Positions 41,406 to 52,843 of a stretch of 64,000 bases of DNA are shown here, piece by piece; within the stretch, counting starts at the first letter, position 1; each line of letters begins with the position of its first letter. This stretch comes from Trichinella spiralis (Eukaryota), in contig NW_003526941.1 in the NCBI RefSeq assembly GCF_000181795.1, forward strand, positions 8,782,858-8,846,857. The letters run 5' to 3'. The translations under genes and the position numbers were made by a program. Under the pieces are notes generated by a model. That model worked only from the letters and a program-made list of their open reading frames with translations. It did not search any database and was not told the origin of the DNA.

Positions 41406-42539
41406 ATGTCTGAAGATTGTTTCTGCACGGGCGCTGGCTGCACGGAGTGCTGCTTCGGACCGTTGGCAGGTAAGCTTTCATTATCTTCTTTTATTTATTT
41501 ATTTATTAAGTTATTTTCTTTCTCCTGCATTAACTTCGAACAATAAACTACAAGTTGTTAATCAAATTGGTGTTGAAATAAAAAAAAAGTTTCCTCCACT
41601 GACGCACGAAAAGATAAGCGTACTTGAAGTAATAATAAATGCAATAAAATGCGTTTGCTTATGAAGTCGAGCTTTCTAAACCCTACCCTCCCCCTGAATC
41701 TCTTCTCAATTCCAAGTTCATTTCTGTGATGTGAAATTTTTCAACAGAGAAAAAAAAGAATGCAGCAAAGTGGGTGTGTGTGCATATATGTATGGCGGGA
41801 CAGGTTTCGGCAAAAATCTTCGGTATCCGAATTGTTATTTTCATTCTATTGACACAAACTACCAACCAGCACGAAGTCTCAGTTTTGCTTTTTTTCATCT
41901 TTTCCCTCGTTGATTTATATATTTGTGTTGCACACATTTGCACTTTGAAGAGGCAATGATTCATCGTCGACGTGCGAAAATGTAACTAGTTCACACGACG
42001 CATCTTTCAATTGAAGAAATTTATTTCTTTGCCAAAAATATCAGTGAGCAAGTAAGTGTGAAGGAACAATTAATATTATTGTTCTTCTTTTTCTTCATCT
42101 CATAATTGATGCATGCAAATGAAGAAAATCAAATTCTCTTCTTCTTCTTCTTCTTCATTTTACTACTATTTCAGCCCACCTCTCCTCTCTGTTCTTCATT
42201 TCAGTCAAAGTCGACGACAGCAAAGAGAAAGTTTCGGTGACGTTGGTGATCCCGGCTGTGAAAAAGCCACGCTTGTTCGGCTTGTTCAACAAAACCCACG
42301 TTCAATGCCACTTCGAAAGCACCAGCCTGAGGGTCTTCGTCCGCATCGATGGCAACAAGACCAAACACACGCCAAAATATTACCTGTATACGATCAGAAA
42401 ACTACCCGCTTCGATTGTCCCCTCACTGTGCCATTACCGGATCCGTACGGGACGCATCAAGCTGACACTGCGCAAAGCCGAACCCACAAGCTGGCATGAA
42501 ATCATTGAAAATGGTCTCGAAAAATACGAGAATGAATAA
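41406..42539 (+). CDS. Small CS-domain (p23/SGT1/CacyBP-like HSP20-fold) protein with a Cys-rich N-terminus; exons 41406-41469 and 42205 (or 42175)-42539
   Basis: Exon 1 MSEDCFCTGAGCTECCFGPLA ends in CAG|GTAAGC (phase 1). A TTTCAG acceptor continues in frame to VSVTLVIP..VQCHFESTSL..KLPASIVPSLCHYRIRTGRIKLTLRKAEPTSW, matching the CS-domain pattern L...I.P..S.....KI.I.L.K....W. Confidence 0.75.
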
Positions 42540-42821
42540 TACATAAAATTCATTAATTAACAATAACATTTTATTTATTTATTATTTTTGAAAATTAATT
42601 ACATGCAAAATTTGAATATATTCTAAAAATGTAAGTGAACAAACACGTACGCACAAACAACAACAAAAAAAATTGCATTCTCCCACTAATAATAATATAT
42701 CAACACACTGCCGATGATCCTCCAAACTAAAAACCTTTAACAAAAGAAAAAAAAGAGTAAATTAAGTTTTATAATCACCATCATCCAAAGACGTGCGTGT
42801 TCACGATTTGCAAACATATTA

Positions 42822-45800
42822 TTATGGTGGCGGCGGTGGTGGTGGCGCGTCATCATGAATGTTCTGATAGAATCTTGGAAAACTGTCGCAGCCGCTGGCA
42901 ACTTCTGCCGGTGGTGGCGGTGGCGGCGGCGGCATATTTGTCGGCGGATAGGCTGTCGGATAATAAGGCATGCCCATCGGTGGCCATCCTCCTTTTGGAT
43001 GATGTGCTCCAGCAGCAGCAGTAGCCGCAGCAGCAGATGGAGGCGGTGGTGGAGGCGCCTCTTCTCCACCAGCATATTCATTGTAGGCATATCCAGTTGG
43101 CGTGTCTAAATTATTCAATAAAATATCAATTCGATATCGCGACCAGTGGAATCAAAATTCCAACTTACACGACTGTTCTAAACCTTCGGAAACATACGGT
43201 GGCGGATATCCACTGTTTGTAGGAGGAATTTCATATCCAGGTGCATACGCAGTATGCTCCTCAGATGCTCCAGCCAATTCACCTCCTGTAGGTGGAGGAA
43301 ATGGTGGAGGCACACTAAATCCCACCTGAGAAGTGTCGTGTGAATACTGCGCGTCACCTGCTTCGCTACTGTTCGGAGCATAGCCCATCGTCGCAGGCGG
43401 TGGTGGAGGCGGCATTACTGGCTTGCCATCTTCGCCCACCATTGGTGGTGGTTGCATCATCCACGGTGCCCAAGGTACACCACCGGGCATCATGTGTGGT
43501 GGTGGTGGGAAAAATGCACCCGGCATCATTGGAGGCATTCGCGGTTTAGCCAAATTGATGCGCACAACAGGCTTAACTCCAGAATCCCTCTCCGTGGGCC
43601 GAGTTGTTTCGTGCCCTAATTCGGCCATGAGTGCTGAATATTCTTCATCTAATGCTGCACCAGTGGGCGCGCCGCCATGCGTCGGATTTTTGCAATCTCG
43701 AGCAATATGTCCAGCCGCTCCACAAGCAGTACAGAACACGTTTGCCGTTACATTCGGACGGTCAGGGCATTCCCAAGATTTGTGCGTACTGGCACCACAG
43801 TTGGTGCATTTAATGCCAGTCAACGCCAGTTCATCACCTCTGAGCGTTCCATTAAGCAAAGCTAGTTCACGCAGCTGTAACTTTCTTAATTCATTCTGCG
43901 ACTCTGGTACTTCTAACGCTTGTCGAATAATCTCCGACACCTTAAACAAAACAAAAATTAAAATACAAGTGTTCATTCAATCCATCACAACATTGTACTA
44001 AAATACTGCTGCCTAACGATGCAACGCAACAACAACTTCAAATCCAATTATACGATCAGTAAATAAGTAATGCAATAATAATTCCCATTTACTCACCCTC
44101 TTGACCGCCTTTTTCAAACTTTCCTCATCCTGCGCTGTAATATAAGCATGCAAAGCTTCATCTTCACCTGGAAGAGGTCCGTCGCGCTTGCCAATCTTTC
44201 CCTCTTTTACTGAACCTTTTCCGCGAATAATTATTCTAGTGTTAGTCTGAAAAATTGAGGAAAAATTACAAAGAACAATAGAAAAAGAAAGTTGAAAAGC
44301 ATCATTTTTTACTTCTCTTTCCAACTGTTTCAACGTGTTACCCCTGGGACCGATCAAAAGTCCAACAAAATTCAATTCCGGATGATCTTCCTGTGGAATC
44401 CATACCTTTTCGTGCAATCTGTTCTGAGGGGGCCTGGAAAATTTCATTTCAATAAGTAATTAAAAATATGAACGTCAATCGATTAAATAATCATATACTT
44501 GTAATCTGCCGGTGGCTTGTATATTGGATTCAATGCCACCATTTTCAAAATCAGACGATGCCGTTCATTTTCCAAATTCTGCCTAGTACGCACTTCCCGC
44601 GTATTCAGACGTTTGCCAAAAGAATCATAAACCGGTTCCGGTGATGGTGATCTGATAAGAAAATTCGCAAATATTATTATTCAAGAGCTTTACTCACTTC
44701 CGACACCGCCGTGTTTCCGTTTCAATAAAGAAAGAATCATCCTAACCCATGTCGCAGTGGAAAATTACATTTAAATAATCAATTAATTCATTAATTATTA
44801 ATTATATTACAACTGAAATGAAAAAAGTTCATTATAACTTGTCACAATCGCTGATTTCAGCATTCATTCATCTGCTATAAATGGGCTAAAAATCAACTGA
44901 AAAAACAGTTCGATTAAAATTAATCTTCTTCCGTGCACAGCAAAGCAGCTTCTAAAATATTAAGTTACCCCAACAATTCTAATAATAATAAGAATATAAT
45001 ATCGCACAAGGATGAAAGCCATAGTTTCATGCTAGAAATACATATTAATGATGATACAAGTGAGTTCAATTTTTAAAATACTGCCTCACATATTTACCTG
45101 CACTATGAGCTAAAAATGTGCCAATTTACCAAATAATTAAAAAAACAGTTAAATTTTAAATAAAAGGTAAGAAAAAAAGTAGACACCTTTCTTCTGGATT
45201 TTGCGGTATTCCCAAATCACCAGTTCGCAGCTTTCGTGTTACATCTTCAATTTGCAGTTGAACTAAAACATAATTAACGGGGATTCAAAAATCCCCGATA
45301 GAAAAATTAGTGCAAGCAACAAACTCTATTTATATAAATTAATGAATAATAATAAAGTGAAAAAAAAGTTTTCAGAAAGCAAGAATATTTGAAAAGTCAA
45401 ACAAATCGTATAAAAGTAGAACAACAAAAGCGCATCCACCACTAAATAAAAAAAATTAATTATTCGTTCCTGAAAGTTAAATCAGTTAAAATATTTTCTA
45501 ATAAAAACAATGCATCGCAATATTCGGCCAAGACAGAACTTCCAGTTGTGCCTAGCTAGAGTCAAATAAACAAATATCAAGAATATATACACAGGTTTCT
45601 TCAACAATACGACTACCGCTGAAAATGTAAACAAAAAAGTGCAGATAATAAGTACCAAATTAATGGCGATAAGAGCACGTTATCTGCTGAATGCTACACC
45701 TTCTTAGAATGGAAACTGGAAAAAAAACAAAATTAAAAGTGCATCAATTTTTCCTTAAATAACTGATGTATGTCTTCGTTGGAGATATCTGAAAACTAAT

Positions 45801-46986
45801 CATTTTTTTTCAAATTAAATAAAACGAAATTTTCATTTCTTTTAAAAACGAACGCGCAATCAAAAAACCTGAAACAACAACAACTAGACAAATAAGACAA
45901 TTCAAAATGATTGTCGGTCTCTGAAAACGGTCATATTCGATAATAGAGACAAAATAACAAGCACACTTTGCTAAACTGACGCTTAATTTTAAAACTATTA
46001 AACTATTAAAAAAAAATCACCGAAGCTGAACTCTGAACAAAGCATGGATAAATCAACTTACGCAAGTAGGCAATTTCTTGTTCTTTCGTTAAATTCATTG
46101 GTATTGCGGTCGGCATTCCGGGAACAAAAGCTTTTTCTCCTTCTTTACCCCAGCGACTTTTCCTTTTACGAGAACCGGCCGTGGCTTCGGCATTTTCATT
46201 ATTCGAATCCTTGGGTTGAATATTGTTGCTATTATTAGCAGACAGTTGAGTTGGGAAAAACTGCTGCGCTTGATTAACGGAAAAAGAAGAATTTCCGTTG
46301 GAAAGCAAATTCACAGTTGCAATTGTATCTCGCAAAGATGTGAAAATATTTTCTTGACTTTTAGCCAATTCAACTGCGCTTCGATCAGCAGCTCCATTGC
46401 TAATCGACAAGCTCGAATTTGAGGTGTTGAATTTTTCTCGCCGTTCGTCGCTGTGCCGGGATCGTCCTCGACTACGCGACCTGGAACGTCTTTCATCACG
46501 GTAGTTTCTAGACGAACGACGCCTGTCTCGACTTCGTCTGTCTCTGCTGCGCCGATCTCGACTACGCCCTTCTCTGCTCCTGTGATCTCGACTACGTTGA
46601 TCTCTACTTCGGCGACGTCGACTTCGACGATCTCTACTGCGATGATCACCGCTGCCACGGTCTCTGTTACGTCGATCTCGACTGCGACTTCTCGAACGCC
46701 GTCGACGTTTGCTGCTTCGACTGGAAGAAACCGACCGACTGCGTCGACCGCTTTTCAATTCGTTTTGTTCATTTCTGTGGCTTGAAGATTCCAAAAATGG
46801 ACCACCTTTGTTCGAATTTTCCAAAGCATCTTTATCTTCCGTATCCGACTGCAAAATGCTTTCATTCAAATGTGGCCCAAACACTTCTTCTATCGGCGGT
46901 TGTAGACCTTCTTTTATTTCAGGTGTACTGCTTTCTACCGAATCATCGCACGCCTCGTCACCATAAGAGGCCAGAATAGCGTCCAT
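42822..46986 (-). CDS. sfa-1: Splicing factor 1 / branchpoint-binding protein; exons 46986-46062, 45262-45187, 44651-44499, 44433-44313, 44246-44097, 43940-43169, 43105-42822
   Basis: N-terminal RS region, ULM RKRKSRW, RSPSPEP motif, KH-QUA2 (NFVGLLIGPRGNTLK, IRGKGSVKEGK, QLRELALLNGTLR), two CCHC zinc knuckles and a Pro-rich tail. Confidence 0.95.
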
Positions 46987-47344
46987 AATACTACCACAAC
47001 ACTTCCACTATGAACAGTCAACAACTCTTCCAAACATACAGTATACCAATAACACGCAAGTTGAATTGAGCTATAGTAAGGCTACAGTACAGTATAATTC
47101 GATATTTTCCAATTTTCATTTGTCAAATAAATTCAAATTGAAATAAAAATTCCAATTGTCAGATATAATTCTTTTATTTTTTTGTTATTTTGCTATTTAT
47201 TATTGTCTCGCAATTTGAAAGTAAACTCTAACAAACGAATGCCCTTACGGTGACCTAGTTTATTGGATAAAATGGAGATTTGAAAAAAAGAATTTTCATT
47301 TTATTCAAAACTTGTATTTGATTACATTATTTCAAAAACAATTA

Positions 47345-48818
47345 TCATGATGCATCCAATTCTTCTAACAATCTGTTGCATTTGTTTATCATTATGTTAA
47401 TTGCTTCAACAATTAATTCTTCAACCGCGTATTGGCCAACAGATTCCACATTAACTAAATAAATAATTTTAAAAATCAAGTAATATTCGATAATATATTG
47501 AAATTATATACTAACAAATAATGTGATGTAAATTTTGACTAAGCTGAATGGAATCTGCCAACTGAGGATACTGAAAAAAATTTCGACTGCACATTTCAGC
47601 TCTTGGGTTTGAAACTACTGCTTTCTTCGATCCTAGTCAAATAATTAAATGTTCAAAGAATAACAGTTCCAATGAAAACTCTGCATACCATCTTCGCATT
47701 TGATCAAACAAACCACATCTTTGGAAAATACAGACTGTACTAATTTTGCTTCTTCGTCATAAAAGTCACGCAGAAATTTCAATTCTGGTAAGAACCGATA
47801 TGAAGCTGTAGCTGAAAAAAAACGATAAAAGAAACAATAATTTCATGGAATAGCAGTAAAAGTTTGTCGTAAAAATTACCAACAGGTGAAAATTTTGCAT
47901 GATCTCTGCCGATTCCTTTTGTGCAGTGACATACGCACTCAATCTCTTGTCCACTCTTTAAAATGGCAAGCAATATGTCGGGATGTACAACTTTTGGAGG
48001 ACAATTCTTGAACTTCTCTTCTTGTCCATCAATCGGTTTCCATTCCAAAGCGCTGCTACACACTAATAGTTTTTTAAATGTTAAAATATGCTGCATTTGC
48101 AAAATTTTGTAATTCTATATTTTGCACCGTGGTGAAAATAAAACTTCGCTATACACGAATACCTCGTTCATTTTCAATTTCATCCACATTACTTTTAACT
48201 TTCAATTCAAAAATTAGAGTGTCTTCTGCTTTAGGTTCTGAATTATCTGGCAAAAAAATTAATTTTTATTTGACATAATTTACATCAACTCGATTATTGC
48301 TTACCATCATCAGTACGATACTGAAATTGTCTAGGATCGGCTTTAATGGGCAACAATCCCAAACGATGAGCGAAAACTTCATCAGCTATTACACCGGTAT
48401 TCTGGAACATATGGACCTTTTCAATTGCCATTGTCGGAACTTCTGCGAGAAGAATTCTTCGAATCGCATTGACAAATGGTGCGTCGACGTTCACAAAGTC
48501 AAGTTGCATTTCCATATCGATAATGTTCATTACTTTAACTTTCATATGCTATAACACATTCAGTAGATTTAAATAAACACTCGGAAACAAAAATCAATCC
48601 AAATATTTACTTTAGCATATTTTTCAACATCCCAGTTGATATCATTGATAGTAATAGAATACGTCTAAATAAAAACATTTTAAATACATTGATTAGAAGA
48701 GCTATCCTCTCAATTTTGTTATCCGCTTTCATTTTCATTGTTTCTCTGTTGAATCCAATCAACTTACATTTTCTATGTGATTTTTCTTTAAATAAACTCT
48801 ATTGTCAGTCGCAGACAT
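47345..48818 (-). CDS. POLR1C: DNA-directed RNA polymerases I and III subunit RPAC1 (AC40), multi-exon
   Basis: [48 protein letters not shown] and [38 protein letters not shown] at 48818 ([10 protein letters not shown]), stop TGA at 47345-47347. Confidence 0.94.
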
Positions 48819-49092
48819 GCCTGATAATCTGAAAATAGAAAAGGTATAGCAAGTATAACAAAAATAGCTAATTTCTGTTACTTTTATAAATATACAACGA
48901 ACACAGCAAGTATGGCAAATAATTGTAATTTCACTTTATTTGTATCTGTACATCCATATCATCTGTACAGTACAACTGTCACCTACTTTTTACAAAAATT
49001 ATACTGTACCTTGCTCAAAAAATTTCTTGACAACTGTCTTAATGACGGTATGCATTAAGTAGCTGCAAAGTCTTGTCTTCACGTTGAATTAT
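48819..49092. promoter_or_regulatory. Probable bidirectional promoter between POLR1C (-) and the SLC37 gene (+)
   Basis: The divergent start codons are separated by only 274 bp. Confidence 0.6.
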
Positions 49093-52000
49093 ATGGGGCA
49101 GTTTTGTCAATCTTGTACAGTTTATCATGTTCTTACATTTCTACTAACATTTTTCAGGTAATTATTTTTATTGCTATTTTATTATTTGTGGTCGATATTA
49201 TTAAACGTAAAATAATTGTTTTAGGCTATGATATATAATGAAATTTATTTTTTATTGCAGAGAATCTTTCATAAATAATTTTTTAACATTATATCTTAAT
49301 GAACATATCTTAATGTACATTTATATATATTTTTTTAATGTAAATTTTTATTTTCATACGTTTTGTAAACGTCTGTAAAATGTGACAGTAAAATTTAGTG
49401 CCTTGTAATGAATAGCTAATAGCATTTTATATTTATTTATAATGTAAATAATATTGTGTGTATTGTATTAAACTCTCTTTTGTATATTTTCTGTTAATTA
49501 GCTATACACTGCTACATGCGTCACGGAAAACGTTTAGCAATGTTAAATCAACGATGGTCGCTGTATGGACAGCGCAAAACAAATCACTACCAATTGTTTT
49601 TGATGGAGAAGTATAAATTTACAATGAAAAAATTTTTTCATTTTAATATTAATATAATTTTTTCTGCATTATTGTTAGGAATGGAGTGGACATGAAATTT
49701 TTGAAACTTCGTATGCTGCCGAAAATTTTTTGGGTGTTCTCGACGCGATTTTTATGTTTTGTTATGCTACAGTAAGTATTATAGTTTACGAAAGGACATG
49801 TAAATTATATTGTTTATAAACTATTTTTATTTGAATGATTTACGGGCAATTGTAAAATAGTGGCAACTCCTTTCCTATAATATCACTTTAAGTATAAATA
49901 GAAATCATTTTATAAGAGTTTTAATTTCAGTTTTGAAACAGTGCGTAATTTATTAATTGAATTGAGATTAGCGATTGCAAATAGCATAACATTAAGTATT
50001 TTATAAAGTATCCGATATAGTAAAATATTTTTATTGTATTTTTTTAAAGGTAGATTTACAAAAACAGAAGCAATTATGTTTTATAAGAGTTTTTTTTGAT
50101 AGAAAAAAATTTTTTTACTGAAAGTTCTTGTTTGTTTTGTAATGAAAATGTTTCAGGGTTTGTTTATAAATGGCATCCTAGGTGATCGATTTGATCCTCG
50201 CTTAGTGTTGGCATTTGGAATGTGGGGTAGTGCTATTACGGTAGGTTTTAGGGTGAAATTTTTTTTATTGTTCAGCTCAATTTTGAATCTTCTTTGAAAT
50301 GCCTTTTTTTTCCTAAATAAATACTCAAATATATATATATATATATAATGCTTTTTTCTATTAAGAATTTCTTGTTTGGCACTCTGACTGAATGGCTTCA
50401 GTTTTATTCCATTCCATTTTACGTGATAATTTGGATTGTCAACGGTTTTGTGCAGTCGGCTGGTTGGCCGGCTGAAGTATGCATAATGGCCAATTGGTTT
50501 GGAAGAGGTGGACGTGGTTTGATTCTGGGTTTGTGGTCCGCTTGCGCTTCTATAGGCAATATTGTTGGTGCAGAGTTGGCAGCTTTGGTTTTGCCTTATG
50601 GCTACGAGGCATTAATAATAAATATTTTAAAGCAAAAATTCATTACTGGTTGAAATAAAGTTTTTTTTCTTTAGTATACATTTCTGGTTAATGCCACACT
50701 TTTGTTTTGTGGTGGTTTCGTGATATTTTTTGGTTTGGCTTCCAAACCGTCGCAACTTTGCTTACCTGAACCGACCGAAGAGGAGGAAAATGTTGCTGAT
50801 GATGCTTCCAGCACGACCACAGACGAGGAACAAGATCTGCTTGGTTCAGTAACTGATGTAAAGAAATGCAATCAACAGAAGTCGATTCCTTTTTTCAAAG
50901 CCGTTTTATTGCCCGGCGTAATTTCTGTAAGCATGAAATTATTCTTTTAATGCAAATTATGTTGAAATTTTTTTTCTTTCAGTATTCAATTGCGTATGCG
51001 TGTTTGAAATTGGTGAATTATTCAATATTTTTTTGGTTACCGTATTATTTGACGAATAATTTCGGTTGGCCTGAACACGTCGCAGATCACATTTCTACTT
51101 GGTTTGATTGGGGTGGTATTTTTGGTGGAATTGTTGGCGGTTTAATTTCGGTAATTTTTTTTGGTTAAAACAGTCAAATGAGAAAAAAATAATGTTATAT
51201 AATTTCAAATATGTAGGATTTAATTGGAAAAAGAACTCCAGTTATTTGCGCGCAACTTGTTTTGGCAACAGTAGCTCTTTTCGCTTATACAAGTGAGCTT
51301 TTGTTTGTTTTATTTAAATTGTACATTATGTTTTCAGTGTTGATTTTTAAGAATCTCCAAATGATATGATTATCAACGCATTGTTGATGGGTGTGGCAGG
51401 ATTTTTTTGCAGCGGACCGGGAAATTTGATTTCCGCAGCAGTCAGTGCTGATCTCGGCCGTCAGAAAGAAGTTGCCAACAATGCTCAAGCAATGTCGACA
51501 GTTACTGGCATCGTCGACGGTACAGGGAGTGTCGGTGCCGCTATTGGTCAGCTGGCTATACCGCATTTGCAAGCGAACCTCGGATGGAATTCCGTTTTCT
51601 ACTTGTTTATTTGTATGGTAAACAGTTGAGATTGTTTTTTTTTTGTTTCAAAAAATCAAATTATTTATTATTCCATTTGCAAATATTGTTTGCGGTTAGT
51701 TGGTTAGTTATAATAATAATTATTATTATACGACGATTTTGATCTGAAGATTTCGTGTAAAGATCAGTGGAGGAGAATTTTCAAATTCGGTAACGAATTA
51801 ATTGCTTTTAAACAACGCCACTACTACCGCTTGGTGGTTAATTTCATTTTTGGATCCAAGTTTGGCATTGATTTTTGTCTCGCATGCCTCTAGTAGTTTT
51901 CAATTTACGCTTCAGTCGAATCACGATTAAATGCGCGGTGCTTAAGTTGACTTTATCATTGCTACAAGCGGCAGTTTTCCATTTCATCCTCCTCTTTTTC

Positions 52001-52552
52001 ATTGCATGAATAACTTTTCAAATGATACTTTGAATTATTTTTTCTTAAAATTCACTCGATATATATATACATATAAACATGTATATTTGTGTATAAATGT
52101 GTATTCTTTTTTTTGTTCTTAAAGTTTACGTCTGTGTTGATATTTGGTTTATAGTTAGCTTAAATTGTTTTGGGTGGCGTGAAGCATGTGGCCACGGTGC
52201 CGTTATGTTGGAAAAAAGTAGGCAGTTTGCTTTGGCTAGTATCATTTTTATTTAGTTTCAGCGTAATATGACCAAACCAATGTTTTTTCATTTCCATTGA
52301 AATTTCCAACACGTCTGCTTGTGTTTGTGTGTGTGCATGTTTATTTATTTGTGTGAATGATTTGTTTTTTTGTTTATTGTTGTTAATGTTATTATTATTG
52401 TCCTTGTTTAAAATTTTTAAATTCTTTTTTTTTTCTAGACGGCTGTGACGGTGCTCTGCTTGTTGCAGCTTTGTATCAAAGAATGCCGTCAGATGTTTTT
52501 AGCAAGAAAATATCGACGATTGGAAATTGTTGCTGAAGCTGAAAACGCTTGA
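49093..52552 (+). CDS. SLC37A3: MFS sugar-phosphate exchanger, SLC37A3-like (multi-exon, one apparent GC-AG intron)
   Basis: YHVLTFLLTFFS|YTLLHASRKTFSNVK, GFVQSAGWP..IMANWFG..GRGLILGLWSACASIGNIVG, YACLKLVNYSIFFWLPYYL, LISAAVSADLG..AMSTVTGIVDGTGSVGAAIGQ. The last exon 52439-52552 contains a YRRL (YxxPhi-type) motif. Confidence 0.92.
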
Positions 52553-52843
52553 ATAATAATAATAATAGAATAGTGAATCTCCAAAATCACTGCTGGCTGG
52601 TTCATGTGAATTTATTTATTGTATCATCTCGTTTTTTTCTGTCCCCATGTCCATTTGATTGGGGGATTTTTATTTCCATTAATTTTCCCAATCGATCCAC
52701 TTCGACTGGTTGTACATATATTCAGGGATGATGATTTGTCAGCGCATGATTTGCATTTTCAAAGCAATAACGTACGTCTGTTTGTCTTGAACAACGAACG
52801 ACAAACAAAATCAACAGTTTCACTTTCAACGGTGGTGTTGGTG

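Noticed and set aside
46440..46750. Tandem-like repeats and RS domain at the SF1 N-terminus
   Set aside because: These are coding RS/RD repeats, and an N-terminal RS region is already known for invertebrate SF1.
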